DNA of 63,838 bases from Myxococcota bacterium (GTDB lineage: Bacteria; Myxococcota; XYA12-FULL-58-9; JALHOP01). The notes below the pieces were generated by a model. It had not been told where the DNA came from. It ran no database searches and saw nothing but the letters and a program-made list of their open reading frames with translations. Below, piece after piece: positions 44,703-55,820 of this stretch. The position numbers were made by a program, and so were the translations under genes. How positions within the stretch are numbered: position 1 is the first letter of the stretch; each line of letters begins with the position of its first letter. The stretch covers positions 1-63,838 of the forward strand of contig JBGGMJ010000129.1 in the NCBI GenBank assembly GCA_041288095.1. Reading direction: 5' to 3'.

Positions 44703-45416
44703 GTGCGTTTCTTGTGGATCGTCGGGGTGTTGGCGCTTCCGGTGGCGGCCCGAGCAGAAGGCCCCAGGCGCGTCCACGTGTTCGTCGCGCTGGCTGACAA
44801 CGCCCACCAGGGCATCGTTCCGGTGCCGGCGAAGCTCGGTAACGGCGACGACCCCGCGAACAACCTTTATTGGGGCGCCGCCTACGGTGTGAAGACGTAC
44901 TTCAAGCGCCATGCCGGCTGGGTCCTGGTACCGAGCGACTCACCACTGCCGGCCAACGTCCTCGAGCGCGCCGTCTTCGAGCACCGCGCCAGCAAGACCC
45001 GGCTCACTGCGGACGCCTATCGCGGCATTGCCATCAAGAGCGCCATCGAGGACTTCCTCGCCGCCGCGGCAGGCTCCGACATCGAGCTCGCGGTCTACGT
45101 GGGCCACGATGGGCTCATGGACTTCTCGCTCGACCAGCTCCCCGCGAAGGCGGACGCCAAGACGCGCGACGCCATCATCCTCGCCTGCGTCAGCAAGTCG
45201 TACTTCGACAAGCCGCTCGCGGCGACCGGCGCCCGTCCTCTATTGTGGACAACCGGGTTGATGGCACCCGAGGCTTATACGCTGGCCGCCGCTCTCGACG
45301 GTTGGATCGCCAAGGAATCGGACACGCAAATCCGTGACCGTGCGGCCGACGCCTACCATCAGTATCAGAAGTGTGGTGTGAAAGCGGCCAGAAGGCTGCT
45401 GACGACCGGGCGCTAG
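44703..45416 (+). CDS. Secreted conserved hypothetical protein
   Basis: Signal peptide ending ARA; HVFVALADN, NNLYWGAAYGV, YVGHDGLMDF, ILACVS. Confidence 0.7.
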   Translation: MRFLWIVGVLALPVAARAEGPRRVHVFVALADNAHQGIVPVPAKLGNGDDPANNLYWGAAYGVKTYFKRHAGWVLVPSDSPLPANVLERAVFEHRASKTRLTADAYRGIAIKSAIEDFLAAAAGSDIELAVYVGHDGLMDFSLDQLPAKADAKTRDAIILACVSKSYFDKPLAATGARPLLWTTGLMAPEAYTLAAALDGWIAKESDTQIRDRAADAYHQYQKCGVKAARRLLTTGR

Positions 45417-45427
45417 GGGACACGCAC

Positions 45428-46762
45428 ATGGACATCACCCGTAGAGGTTTCGTGCTCGCTCAGAGCGCGGCGGTAGGCATTGCACTGACTCCGAGCACCT
45501 TGCTCGCGGCTCTCGAGAGCGCCGCCAAGCCTAGCCCCAAGGCCGAGACGTGGGACGCGGTGCGCAAGTTGTTCACGCTCTCACCCGACTGGATGCACTT
45601 CTCCGGGTTCTTCATCGCCTCGCATCCGACGCCGGTGCGCGAGGCCATCGATGCCTATCGCAAGGCCATCGACGCGAACCCGTTCACCACGGTCGAAGAA
45701 GGCCTGTTCAAGCGCGAGGGGAAGAGCGTCCAGGATCAGGTGCGCGACGATATCGCGGCATACCTGGGCGGCAAGGGCGAGGACGTGGCGTTGGTGTCGA
45801 ACACCACCAGCGGCCTCGCACTCGTCTATAGCGGACTACCGCTAAAGCCCGGCGACGAGGTGCTCACCACCACCCACGATCACTATGTGCACCACACCGC
45901 CATCAACCTCGCGGTGAAGCGCAATGGCGCCTCGGTTCGCAAGGTCGCGCTCTATGAGGACGCCGCCAAGGCGACTGTCCAGGGCATCGTCGAGCGCGTG
46001 CGTCGCGAGGTGAAGCCGTCGACGCGCGTTTTCGGCATCACCTGGGTGAGCTCGCAGACGGGCCTCAAGCTGCCGATCAGGCAGATCGCCGCCGCTGTAG
46101 CGGACATCAATCAGAAGCGAGCCGCCGACGAGCGGGTCGTGTTGCTGGTCGACGGCGTGCATGGTCTGGGCTGCGTCGATGAGACCGTCGCCGAGATGGG
46201 CGCCGATGTCTTCGTCGCCGGGACGCACAAGTGGATGTTCGGACCCCGCGGCACCGGTATCGTCTGGGCGAAGCCGGCGGTTTGGGCGCGCATGACGCCG
46301 TCGATTCCCTGCTTCGGCGACCCCGAGCAGTTTCAGGCCTGGGCCGAAAATCGCGAGCCTACGACTCCCGCCACCGCAGCGCGCATGAGCCCGGGCGGCT
46401 TTCTCGCCTACGAGCACCAGTGGGCGCTCGGCGCCGCGTTCCGACTGCATCGCGAGCTCGGTCGCGACCGCATCGCCGCGCGTGTCAGCGAGCTCAACGG
46501 GCAAATCAAGGAGGGGCTCGTGAAGATCCCCGGCCTCACGCTGTTCACGCCGCGTGACCCGCGGCTCTCGGCGGGCATTTGTTCGTTCGTCATCAAGGGC
46601 CGCGATACGGACGCTATCGTGGACGGTCTCAAGGCACGCAGGGTCATCGCCAGCCACAGTCCCTACCGGCCGTCATATCCGCGTTTGTCGGCGGGCATCT
46701 TCAACACGCCCGACGAGGTGCGTGCCGCGCTCGAAGCACTCAATACCGTGGCGCGCGCCTAG
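45428..46762 (+). CDS. Tat-exported class V PLP enzyme (PvdN/isopenicillin-N epimerase-like)
   Basis: TRRGFV twin-Arg; HDHY, VDGVHG, GTHKWMFGPRGTG. Confidence 0.85.
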   Translation: MDITRRGFVLAQSAAVGIALTPSTLLAALESAAKPSPKAETWDAVRKLFTLSPDWMHFSGFFIASHPTPVREAIDAYRKAIDANPFTTVEEGLFKREGKSVQDQVRDDIAAYLGGKGEDVALVSNTTSGLALVYSGLPLKPGDEVLTTTHDHYVHHTAINLAVKRNGASVRKVALYEDAAKATVQGIVERVRREVKPSTRVFGITWVSSQTGLKLPIRQIAAAVADINQKRAADERVVLLVDGVHGLGCVDETVAEMGADVFVAGTHKWMFGPRGTGIVWAKPAVWARMTPSIPCFGDPEQFQAWAENREPTTPATAARMSPGGFLAYEHQWALGAAFRLHRELGRDRIAARVSELNGQIKEGLVKIPGLTLFTPRDPRLSAGICSFVIKGRDTDAIVDGLKARRVIASHSPYRPSYPRLSAGIFNTPDEVRAALEALNTVARA

Positions 46763-46766
46763 CACT

Positions 46767-47543
46767 CTACCAGAGCTCCGGCGAGACGATGCGCAAGCCA
46801 AGCGTGCCCCACTGCTCGGTCTCGCCGCCCTCGACCTCGGTGAAGGTGCTGCCGAAGGTGCCGTCGCACTGGATGCTTGCGTTGAAGATGTAGCGGAACC
46901 CGACCTGTGTCGCCCAAAGGGCAAAGCCCGGCGCGTAAGGATCGCCATAGAAGATCTCGAAGACGCCGTGCATGCCCCCGAGCACCTTGATCTGCGAGCC
47001 GATGCCGGCCGTGACGTTGACCTCCTCGAGGTCGTCGCCCGTGGTGACGCCCAGGTTCACGTGGATGAGGATGGCCTCCGCTTCGAGTGACTGCGTCGCG
47101 GCGGCGTAAGCGAACGCGCCCCAGCCGGGTTCGCGAAACTCTCCACGGCCCCAAGGAAAGAGCGCTCCGCCAGCGAAGGCGAGCCCGGGATGGCCATTGT
47201 CGACCGCGGGCATCGCGAGGACCTTGCCCTGCAGGAGGGGCCCCTTGATGGTGTAACCCGCGCCGTCGCCTTCGATGACCGCGCCGTGAACGAGACCACC
47301 GGAGAGCTCCAGCCAATCGGTGGGACCAAACGCCGCCAAGATGTTGTGCTCGAGCGACTGTACGTCATAGCGAACCCAGGTCTCGAGCTGGGCCAACCGG
47401 GCGCCGACTACGCGGGCGTCGTCGGTTACGAACGGGCGGATGGCTAGGGCCTTGGCGGGCAGCCAGCAAGCCGCGCAGAGAAGCAAGACCGACAACCGGC
47501 GCAGGGGAGAGTGGTTCACGACGGGATGCACGTCTTGCGCCAA
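46767..47543 (-). CDS. Secreted/outer-membrane beta-strand-rich protein
   Basis: Signal peptide then RPFVTDDARVV; alternating beta pattern; terminal W; start uncertain. Confidence 0.6.
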   Translation of the reverse strand: MAQDVHPVVNHSPLRRLSVLLLCAACWLPAKALAIRPFVTDDARVVGARLAQLETWVRYDVQSLEHNILAAFGPTDWLELSGGLVHGAVIEGDGAGYTIKGPLLQGKVLAMPAVDNGHPGLAFAGGALFPWGRGEFREPGWGAFAYAAATQSLEAEAILIHVNLGVTTGDDLEEVNVTAGIGSQIKVLGGMHGVFEIFYGDPYAPGFALWATQVGFRYIFNASIQCDGTFGSTFTEVEGGETEQWGTLGLRIVSPELW

Positions 47544-47606
47544 AGAGCGGTGGCAAGCAAGCCGTAGTTGCGCGCGGCCGTCGGCAGTTAGTTATACTCG
47601 CGCCCG

Positions 47607-48803
47607 ATGCCCATGACCCAACAGCGAACGCGCCGGTGCGCGCTGATGCTTCTCCTTGTTGCCTCGCTCGGCTGCGCGACGACGACGACCCGGCTCGACA
47701 ACATCGTCATGGCCTACGACGAGACCACCGCGGAGACCATTTCGAAGCTGTTGCTGCTCAACATCGCCCGAGCGCACCAGAACCTGCCGATGCACTTCAC
47801 GGGGGTCTCCAGCATCCTCGCCACCTACAAGTTCACGTTCAGTGGCGGCGTCGGTCCGGCGGCGACTGGCGACTACGGTTGGCTGCCGGTTCCGCAGATC
47901 AGTGGAAGCACTGAGGAGAACCCGACGGTCAGCATCACGCCCATGCAGGGTGAAGAGTTCACCCAACGGATGTTGACGCCGTTCGAGGAGCAGAAGCTGA
48001 CGCTGTTGCTCCGCCAGGGCTACGACGTCGACGCGTTACTGCGCTTGCTGGGCGCCGAGGTGCATCTCGAAGACGATGGCACCGCGTTCCCCGGGGTCCA
48101 CCGCAACCGTCCTTCGGATCGAGAGGGCTACCAAGTCTTCCGCCGCGTGGTGTCCCATCTCTCGGCCATTCAGGATCGCCACGGCCTCTACGTCGAGCCG
48201 TTGCACTTCCAGCACACCTGGACGGTTCCAGCGGACACGGTGACGCCCGAGGCGTTTCAGTCGACGTACAAGGATTACTCGCTCACCTACGACCCGCAGC
48301 AGCGTCTCTACCGCGTGACCAAGCGGGTCAACGGCCGCGTGATGATCAGCAACTATGACCCCTCGGTGTTGTCGGACGACGAGCGCCGCCGCCTGCACGA
48401 GCAGGCCGAAGAGGTGCCGTTCAACGACGTGCTCATCGACATTCGCGCCGGGACGAACGCCGGCGATCTGCCGATCCACGGCCGCCTGCGGCTGCGCAGC
48501 TTTCACGAGGTGCTCACCTTCGTCGGGCGTGCCATTGGTGAGGAGCCGGAGACCGACGTCGTGCCGGATCCGCGTACGCTACCAGTCTCCGAGAATCCGA
48601 TCGTCACGCTCGAGGTCGTCGAGGCGCCCGAACCACCCGAGGGCGCGGGATTCTCCGTGGCGTTGAACGGCAAGCACTACGCGATTCGCCCGCAGCAGGG
48701 CTACCAGTGGAACCTGAAGGCCTTCAGCATGCTCTGTCAGCTCTTCCAGATGAGCGTGGCGACGGTGACGAGTACCGGGCCGTCCATCGCTATAGCGAAG
48801 TGA
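47607..48803 (+). CDS. Hypothetical lipoprotein
   Basis: SLGC lipobox; LLLNIARA...PMHF, ENPTVSITP. Confidence 0.7.
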   Translation: MPMTQQRTRRCALMLLLVASLGCATTTTRLDNIVMAYDETTAETISKLLLLNIARAHQNLPMHFTGVSSILATYKFTFSGGVGPAATGDYGWLPVPQISGSTEENPTVSITPMQGEEFTQRMLTPFEEQKLTLLLRQGYDVDALLRLLGAEVHLEDDGTAFPGVHRNRPSDREGYQVFRRVVSHLSAIQDRHGLYVEPLHFQHTWTVPADTVTPEAFQSTYKDYSLTYDPQQRLYRVTKRVNGRVMISNYDPSVLSDDERRRLHEQAEEVPFNDVLIDIRAGTNAGDLPIHGRLRLRSFHEVLTFVGRAIGEEPETDVVPDPRTLPVSENPIVTLEVVEAPEPPEGAGFSVALNGKHYAIRPQQGYQWNLKAFSMLCQLFQMSVATVTSTGPSIAIAK

Positions 48804-48816
48804 GCATGCCGTCGGC

Positions 48817-50277
48817 TCAAGTCGCGGCCTGAACCGAGCGCTTTCTGACGGCTCGCTCCAGGACCTTGATGCCGTCGGCTTCGATTTCGCGACACAGGGC
48901 TTCGAACGCTTCGCCCACGTGCAACGCGACTGGGCCGTTGGGATCGAGGTTACCCCAGTTGTCGAAACGCACGACGGCGTACTCCGGTGGGTAACGCCGC
49001 AGCTGCGTCACCAGGACCTCTCTCAAGCAGACGTTGATGGCATCCACCATGTAGGTGTTCATGGCGCCCCAACGCCAAGCAAACACCGGGTTCTTCGCCG
49101 CGTCGTCACGGGGGATGAATCGGGTTGCCAGGTACACGGGCGCGAGCGGCTCTTTCGGCGTCTTCGACCCTTGAGCACGCGCGAGCTCGAGCTCGAGGCG
49201 CGACGCTCGCATGGCTCCCAAGGCCATACGCCAGGTGGTGGAGCCGGGCTTCAATTTGGAGTCACCGTCGGCGCGCCAGTGAAATCCGCCGGGAGCGGGC
49301 AGCCCGGACGGATACACCGCCGAGACGACATTGAGGCCGTTGCCGTCGGTGTTGTGGCAGGCGAGGGCGACGACATCGCCGAGCGAGAACTTGCCGATGA
49401 TGGTCCCCGCGTTCTTGTGGATGGCCTCGAGCGCCTTGCTCTCGACGAGAGAGCGGGGCCAGAACCAGGGCACGTCGCCGCGCGCGTCGAGGCTCTGGAC
49501 GATGCGCTTGACGACGTATTTCAGGATCTGGTTGACGGAATCTGGCTGCTCCCGCCGGTAGGTTTCGCGGATCTCGGCGACCGGGGCGCGGATGTGACCA
49601 GCCGAGAAGGTATCGGACAGGAAGTGCTGGCTGCAGGCCTCGTCGGTGACCGCGGCGGCAAACAGGGCGTCGTTGCCGGTCGCCCCGGCTTCGTGGGCCT
49701 TACGAAGCGCTTCGGCGTGACCACGCTTGTAGGTCTCGAGCGCGGTGCCGCCATGGCTGAAGTGGGTCGAGTTGTCGGCGGCCAGGCCTGCGAGGCGTAG
49801 GAGGACGCGCTTCTTCGCTTCGGCTGGCACGTTGGGCTCGGGCTCACGCCCCTGGCCTAGCGCCAGCCATCGTGCCCAGATGAGCTCGTCCTGGCCCGCG
49901 GGGGTCTCGGCAAGGGTCCGGAGCTCCGCAACCGACCCTACGAAGTCACCGGAGAGGGCGACGACCTCGCCGAATGACAGCTTGGTGCCGTCCTTGAGGC
50001 GCAGCTCCTTCACCAGCTCGTTGCCGGTAGCGGCGTTGCCGAGCAGCATGTGCTCGGTGGAGGCGAAGTCCGTGCGGTTCGTGTCCAGCGGGCATGGTGC
50101 GAGAAGGAGGTCTGGGGTGCGCGGAAGAGCGCTGCGCATGAGGGCGGGGCTCGAGAGCAGCTGGCTCTTCGGGGTCGCCGTGGCTTGGGGAGCTTTGCCC
50201 GCACCTTGGGCAGAGGTACGCGCCGCGGGAGGGGACCCCTCCGCCGGTGACTCGCCAGCCCGCACGATCTTGGACAT
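48817..50277 (-). CDS. Zn-dependent phospholipase C/nuclease P1-fold-like protein with disordered N-terminus
   Basis: EHMLLG, ALSGDF, NSTHF, HFLSDTFSAGHIR, HNTD metal-ligand pattern; no signal peptide. Confidence 0.65.
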   Translation of the reverse strand: MSKIVRAGESPAEGSPPAARTSAQGAGKAPQATATPKSQLLSSPALMRSALPRTPDLLLAPCPLDTNRTDFASTEHMLLGNAATGNELVKELRLKDGTKLSFGEVVALSGDFVGSVAELRTLAETPAGQDELIWARWLALGQGREPEPNVPAEAKKRVLLRLAGLAADNSTHFSHGGTALETYKRGHAEALRKAHEAGATGNDALFAAAVTDEACSQHFLSDTFSAGHIRAPVAEIRETYRREQPDSVNQILKYVVKRIVQSLDARGDVPWFWPRSLVESKALEAIHKNAGTIIGKFSLGDVVALACHNTDGNGLNVVSAVYPSGLPAPGGFHWRADGDSKLKPGSTTWRMALGAMRASRLELELARAQGSKTPKEPLAPVYLATRFIPRDDAAKNPVFAWRWGAMNTYMVDAINVCLREVLVTQLRRYPPEYAVVRFDNWGNLDPNGPVALHVGEAFEALCREIEADGIKVLERAVRKRSVQAAT

Positions 50278-50378
50278 GCAATCCCTCGGGTAGCGAGAAT
50301 GGTCGGCAAACCTGGGGTTCTGTTGCGTGGCACCCGGGTGATAGACGACACTCCGAGGGTGACAGCCCGCGAGCGACG

Positions 50379-51191
50379 ATGAGCTGGGAGCTCCTGCAAG
50401 ATTCGCGACTCATGTCGGTGCTGGTGGCTACTGCCGACGTGGCAGTGGTGGCCTACCTCATCTATCGCGTGTTGCTGCTCATCCGCGGCACCCGCGCGCA
50501 GCAGATCCTGGTGGGCTTGGGCCTCGTCGCGGTGGCCTTCTTCGTCTCCAAGCTCTTCGGTCTCAAGACCGTGAGCTGGATCCTCGACAACTTCATCAGC
50601 TCTTTCCTGCTCATCGTCATCGTCGTCTTCCAGCACGACATTCGCCGCGGGCTATCGCGCGTCGGGCGCAGGCCTTTCAGCAACATCGCCTACGGCCAAG
50701 GCGCCTTCATCGTCGACGAGCTGACGCGGGCAGCCGAAGCGATGGCCAAGGACCGCATCGGTGCGATCTTGCTGGTCGAGCGCGACGCCGACCTCTCGGA
50801 GCTCGCGGAGACCGGCATCCGCGTCGACGGCCGCATCTCGACCGCGTTGCTCATGCAGATCTTCACGCCACCGGGGCCGCTGCATGACGGCGCTCTCATC
50901 ATCCAGCAGGGGCGCGTGTCCGCCGCAGCGGTCTTCTTGCCCCTGACGTCGAATCCGAAGCTCGACCAACGCCTGGGCACCCGGCACCGCGCGGCGCTCG
51001 GCGTTACCGAGGAGGTCGACGCCGTGGCCATCGTCGTCAGCGAAGAGCGCGGCCAGATCTCGATCGCCGAAGGCGGCACCCTGACGCGTGACCTCGACGG
51101 CATCATGCTGCGCAAGGTCCTGCAACGCTACTTCGGACCGCGGCCCACCAAGGCCAAGCGTGAGCCGTCACCGCAAGGAGCGCCGGCATGA
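50379..51191 (+). CDS. cdaA: Diadenylate cyclase CdaA/DacA
   Basis: Three TMs, PLHDGA, LGTRHRAA, VSEERG. Confidence 0.95.
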   Translation: MSWELLQDSRLMSVLVATADVAVVAYLIYRVLLLIRGTRAQQILVGLGLVAVAFFVSKLFGLKTVSWILDNFISSFLLIVIVVFQHDIRRGLSRVGRRPFSNIAYGQGAFIVDELTRAAEAMAKDRIGAILLVERDADLSELAETGIRVDGRISTALLMQIFTPPGPLHDGALIIQQGRVSAAAVFLPLTSNPKLDQRLGTRHRAALGVTEEVDAVAIVVSEERGQISIAEGGTLTRDLDGIMLRKVLQRYFGPRPTKAKREPSPQGAPA

Positions 51192-52144
51192 CCCAGCGCT
51201 TCGAGTGGCTGACCCGCGATTATCCGCTCAAGGCGTTTTCGCTGGCGTTGGCGCTGGCGCTCTACTTCTTCGTCAGCGTCGAGAACGACCGCTCCGTGGA
51301 CGTCGACTTCCCCATCGAGTACCGCACCGCCGACGACATCGAGCTCATCGGCGAGTACCCGACGACCATCAACGTCACCATCGCCGGCCCTTGGGCGAGC
51401 GTTCGTTCCTACGATCCGGAAAAGCTCGCGCCCGTGCGCATCGATCTACGTGACGCGGGGCCTGGGTCGGTGCGCCGCAAGCTGGATGTCAGCGACGTCA
51501 ACGCCCCGGGTGGCATGACCGTCGTGGCGATGACTCCGACGCAGATCGATGTCAGTCTCGATCGCAAGGTGGAGAAGCAGGTGCCGGTCGCCATCGACCT
51601 GGGGATCGACAAGCCGGCCTACGGCTTCGAGGTCGTTGCTTCGATGGCCAACCCCGAGAAGGTGCGGGTCATCGGGCCCGCGACGGTCATGCAGGGTATC
51701 GAAAGCGTCTACACGCGCCCCCTGAACCTCGCGGGTCGCGAGGAGGGCTTCAGCGAGGAGATCGAGCTGCGGCCGCTGCCGCCGCCGATGCGGCTGCGTG
51801 ACAAGGTCGTCGCCGTCGACATCGACATCCGCGAGGAGACGGCCACGAAGGTGCTCGCCGCCACTGTCCGCTGTCGCGATCTGCCGGCCGGCACCGAGCT
51901 CATCCTCGACCCGGAGGTGGTCAAAGTCGAGGTACGCGGACCGCGGCGTTTGGTCGACGGCTTTGACAAACAAGGCCTCGTTGCTTACCTCGACATCGGC
52001 ACCGAGCTCGACGAAGGCGTGCGTGACTTCGAGAAAAATGTCACGGTCGAGGGCTTGCCGGATCGCGTTGGCTTGGCCGGCAGCTTACCTTCCGTACGCG
52101 TCAAGGTGACGAAGCTCGTGAACCGACGCAGGGGTAAGGGATGA
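51188..52144 (+). CDS. cdaR: CdaR/YbbR-domain protein
   Basis: N-terminal TM plus YbbR-like repeats; lies between cdaA and glmM. Confidence 0.88.
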   Translation: MTQRFEWLTRDYPLKAFSLALALALYFFVSVENDRSVDVDFPIEYRTADDIELIGEYPTTINVTIAGPWASVRSYDPEKLAPVRIDLRDAGPGSVRRKLDVSDVNAPGGMTVVAMTPTQIDVSLDRKVEKQVPVAIDLGIDKPAYGFEVVASMANPEKVRVIGPATVMQGIESVYTRPLNLAGREEGFSEEIELRPLPPPMRLRDKVVAVDIDIREETATKVLAATVRCRDLPAGTELILDPEVVKVEVRGPRRLVDGFDKQGLVAYLDIGTELDEGVRDFEKNVTVEGLPDRVGLAGSLPSVRVKVTKLVNRRRGKG

Positions 52145-53529
52145 AGACCGAGGCCAAGAGCGAGACCAACGGTGGGACGGAGCGCCGCCTGTTCGGCACC
52201 GACGGTGTCCGCGGGGTCGCCAATCAGTTTCCGATGACCTGCGAGATCGCCTTGGCGTTGGGTCGCGCCGTCGCGCATCAGTCGAAGCACGGCACGCACC
52301 GCCATCGCATTCTCATCGGCAAGGACACGCGCCTCTCCGGCTACATGCTCGAGATGGCCTTCGCGAGCGGCGTCTGTTCGATGGGCGTCGACGCGTTGCT
52401 GATCGGCCCGCTTCCTACCCCCGCGGTCGCGTTCCTGACTCGCGACATGCGCTGCGACGCCGGCGTCATGATCAGCGCCAGCCACAATCCGTTCGAGGAC
52501 AACGGCATCAAGATCTTCGCGCGCGACGGCTTCAAGCTCCCCGACGCGAGCGAGCTCGAGCTCGAGCGCTTGCTCGACGACGAGCGGCTCGGAAAGGTGC
52601 GCCCGACGAAGAGCGCCGTTGGCAAGGCCTTCCGTATCGACGACGCTCAAGGCCGCTATATCGGATTCTTGAAGAGCGCATTCCCCAACGAGCTCGATCT
52701 CGACGGCATGAAGATCGTCGTCGATTGCGCGAACGGCGCCGCCTACCATGTCGCGCCCAAGGTCTTCGAAGAGCTCGGCGCCACGGTCATTCGTCTGGGC
52801 GTCTCGCCCGACGGCCGCAACATCAACCGCAAGTGCGGCGCGCTTCACCCGGAAGGCGTGCAAGCCGCGGTGAAGAAGCACAAGGCCGATCTCGGCATCG
52901 CCCTCGACGGCGACGCGGACCGACTCATCGTCGTCGACAACCGCGGTGAAGTGGTCGACGGTGACCACCTCCTCGCCATCGGCTCGCGCGACATGCTGCG
53001 CGACGGCTCGCTCAAGAAGAAGACGGTGGTCGCGACGGTCATGTCCAACCTCGCGCTCGACCGTAAAGTGGAGGAGTGGGGCGGCAAAGTCGTGCGCACC
53101 GCGGTAGGCGATCGCTACGTGGTCGACTCGATGCGCAAGCACGGCTACGTCTTCGGTGGGGAGCAGTCGGGCCACATGGTCTACCTCGGCCACTCGACGA
53201 CCGGCGACGGTATGCTCGCGGCGTTGAAGCTCCTGGCGGTGATGCGTCGCGAGAAGCAGACCATCAGCTCCTTGCGCGAGCTCTTGCCGCTCTATCCCCA
53301 ATCGTTGGTGAACGTGAAAGTGCGCGAGAAGAAACCGCTCGCCGACCTGCCGTCGGTCCAGAAGCGCATCGGCGAGGTCGAGAAGCGCCTCGGCCGCGAT
53401 GGCCGCGTCGTCGTCCGCTTCAGCGGAACAGAAGCGAAGGCACGCGTCCTCGTCGAGGGGCCGGTCGCGAAAGATGTCGCCAAGTGGGCGAATGAAATCG
53501 CCAACGAGATCGTTTCGGCAATCGGCTAA
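52141..53529 (+). CDS. glmM: Phosphoglucosamine mutase
   Basis: [35 protein letters not shown]. Confidence 0.97.
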   Translation: MKTEAKSETNGGTERRLFGTDGVRGVANQFPMTCEIALALGRAVAHQSKHGTHRHRILIGKDTRLSGYMLEMAFASGVCSMGVDALLIGPLPTPAVAFLTRDMRCDAGVMISASHNPFEDNGIKIFARDGFKLPDASELELERLLDDERLGKVRPTKSAVGKAFRIDDAQGRYIGFLKSAFPNELDLDGMKIVVDCANGAAYHVAPKVFEELGATVIRLGVSPDGRNINRKCGALHPEGVQAAVKKHKADLGIALDGDADRLIVVDNRGEVVDGDHLLAIGSRDMLRDGSLKKKTVVATVMSNLALDRKVEEWGGKVVRTAVGDRYVVDSMRKHGYVFGGEQSGHMVYLGHSTTGDGMLAALKLLAVMRREKQTISSLRELLPLYPQSLVNVKVREKKPLADLPSVQKRIGEVEKRLGRDGRVVVRFSGTEAKARVLVEGPVAKDVAKWANEIANEIVSAIG

Positions 53530-53552
53530 TCGGCATTCGCTCAGGAGAACAG

Positions 53553-54281
53553 GTGCACAGGAAGCTTGGCGTCAACATCGATCACATCGCCACGATCCGA
53601 CAGGCGCGGCGCACGAAATACCCCGACCCAGTGGCCGCCGCGGCTATCGCCGAGGCAGCCGGCGCCGATCAGATCACGGTGCATCTGCGGGAGGATCGAC
53701 GCCACATCCAGGAGCGTGACGTACGCATCCTCCGCGAGACCGTGCAGACGACGCTCAACCTCGAGATGGGCGCGACGCAGGAGATGCTCAAGATCGCCCT
53801 CGACGTTAAGCCTGACATCGTCACCCTGGTGCCCGAGCGTCGCGAGGAGCTCACCACAGAGGGTGGCCTCGACGTCAACCATCACCGCGATCACTTGAAG
53901 AAGTACGTGCAGTCGCTTCGTGACGCCGACTTGAAGGTCAGCCTCTTCATCGACCCCGACCTCGAGATGCTGCGCGCCGCCCACCGCCTCGACGCGCCGT
54001 CGATCGAGCTGCACACGGGCAAATATGCCGACGCCCGCGACGACGTTTCGCGCAGGAACGAGCTACGCCGCATCGCCGACGCCGCCCGCGCCGCCGCCAA
54101 GCTGGGCATGCGTGTCGCCGCCGGTCACGGCCTGCACTACACGAACGTGCAAGAGCTGGTGCTGGTCGAGGAGATCGAGGAGTTCAACATCGGGCACAGC
54201 ATCGTCGCGCGTGCCATGCTGGTCGGCATGGACCAGGCGGTGCGCGACATGGTGCATGCGCTGAAGGCTCCACCGAAGTAG
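53553..54281 (+). CDS. pdxJ: Pyridoxine 5'-phosphate synthase
   Basis: [39 protein letters not shown]. Confidence 0.97.
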   Translation: MHRKLGVNIDHIATIRQARRTKYPDPVAAAAIAEAAGADQITVHLREDRRHIQERDVRILRETVQTTLNLEMGATQEMLKIALDVKPDIVTLVPERREELTTEGGLDVNHHRDHLKKYVQSLRDADLKVSLFIDPDLEMLRAAHRLDAPSIELHTGKYADARDDVSRRNELRRIADAARAAAKLGMRVAAGHGLHYTNVQELVLVEEIEEFNIGHSIVARAMLVGMDQAVRDMVHALKAPPK

Positions 54282-54290
54282 AAAGGTCGC

Positions 54291-55820
54291 ATGCGCTACG
54301 CGGTGAGTGCGTTGGAGATGGCGGAGCTCGAGCGCCAGACCGCCGAGGATCTGGGTCTTCAGGCGCGCATCATGATGGAGCTCGCCGGCAGCGCCGTCGC
54401 CGACGCCGTGCAGCGCCGGCAGCGCGAGGGCGGCCGGGTCATCGTCGCCTGTGGCCCGGGGAACAACGGAGGTGACGGCTTCGTCGCCGCGCGGGCGCTC
54501 GCGAACCGCGGCTTCGGCGTCGAGGTGTACGTTTTCGCGGAACGCGTCCGTCTCAAGGGTGACGCCAAAAGCGCTTTCGCGGCCCTCGAGAAGCTGGGTG
54601 GCGTGCCTGTACGCTTCGTCGAGGACGCGCGTGCTCTCTACGACTTCTCCTCCGCGGTGCGCAGTGCCACGCTGGTGATCGACGCGCTGCTCGGCACCGG
54701 GGCCAAGGGTGACCTGCGCGGGATCATCGCGAACGCCATCGACGTGATGAACGAGAGCGGGGTCGCCATATTGGCTGTCGATGTCCCGTCGGGTGTGGAC
54801 GCCGATACCGGTGCCGTCCTGTCGCGGGCGGTGCAAGCCACGAGCACCGTCGCCCTCGGTTTCGCCAAACGCGGCCACTATCTCCATCCCGGCGCGGCGC
54901 ATGCAGGCACGGTCGAGGTCGCCGACGTTGGCGTTCCAACCGCTTTCGCGGACAAGTTGGGGATCGTCGGCCGCGTCATCGATCGAGGTGATGGGCCGTC
55001 GCTCCTGCGTAGGCGGGACGGCAGTGCCCACAAGGGCACCTTCGGCCGCGTCGTCGCCGTGGCCGGCGCGCCACATACGCCGGGCGCCGCGTTGCTCGCG
55101 CTCGCGGGAGCGCTGCGCGCCGGCGCCGGCAACGTCACCTGGGCCGCCGACGCCGAGTCCGTGCACCACGCTCACGGGCTGGCGCCGGAAGTGATGCTGC
55201 GCCTGCGTGCTGGTGCCGCGACCGATGCTTGGGTCGCGAGCATCCTCGAGCGTGCCAACAGTCTGGTCATCGGACCCGGGTTGGGCGAAGGTCCCGAGGC
55301 CACGGACCTGGTCGCGGCGCTGCTCGCGGCATCGACCGTGCCTGTTTGTTTGGACGCCGACGGCCTCAACATCGTCGCCAAGTCACCGGCGCTCTGGGAG
55401 CGCATTCAGGCGCCGCTCGTGCTGACTCCGCATCCGAAGGAGATGGCGCGCATGGTCGGCGTCACGGTGGACGACGTTCAACGCGATCGCGTCGCCATGG
55501 CTCTTCAGCTCTCGGTCGCCCGCCAGTGCACCGTGGTCTTGAAAGGAGCGGGCACCGTCATCGCGGACAGCGACGGCGCGGTGACGATCCTCTCGGCCGG
55601 CAATCCCGGCATGGCGGTCGGTGGCAGCGGCGACGTGCTCGCTGGCGTCGTCGGTGCCTTGCTCGCGAATGGCCTGGCTCCCGCCGAGGCCGCCCAGGCG
55701 GGAGCGCTCTTGCACGCTTGCGCCGGTGACGTCGCCGCGGAGCGCCACGGGCAGGCGGGCTTGCGCCCCTCGGACATCGTCGAAGCCATGGGCGAGGTGT
55801 TGGCGCAGTGGAAGAGGTAG
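54291..55820 (+). CDS. nnr: Bifunctional NAD(P)HX epimerase/dehydratase
   Basis: CGPGNNGGDG, DVPSG, HKGTFG, DADGL, TPHPKE, GSGDVLAG. Confidence 0.95.
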   Translation: MRYAVSALEMAELERQTAEDLGLQARIMMELAGSAVADAVQRRQREGGRVIVACGPGNNGGDGFVAARALANRGFGVEVYVFAERVRLKGDAKSAFAALEKLGGVPVRFVEDARALYDFSSAVRSATLVIDALLGTGAKGDLRGIIANAIDVMNESGVAILAVDVPSGVDADTGAVLSRAVQATSTVALGFAKRGHYLHPGAAHAGTVEVADVGVPTAFADKLGIVGRVIDRGDGPSLLRRRDGSAHKGTFGRVVAVAGAPHTPGAALLALAGALRAGAGNVTWAADAESVHHAHGLAPEVMLRLRAGAATDAWVASILERANSLVIGPGLGEGPEATDLVAALLAASTVPVCLDADGLNIVAKSPALWERIQAPLVLTPHPKEMARMVGVTVDDVQRDRVAMALQLSVARQCTVVLKGAGTVIADSDGAVTILSAGNPGMAVGGSGDVLAGVVGALLANGLAPAEAAQAGALLHACAGDVAAERHGQAGLRPSDIVEAMGEVLAQWKR

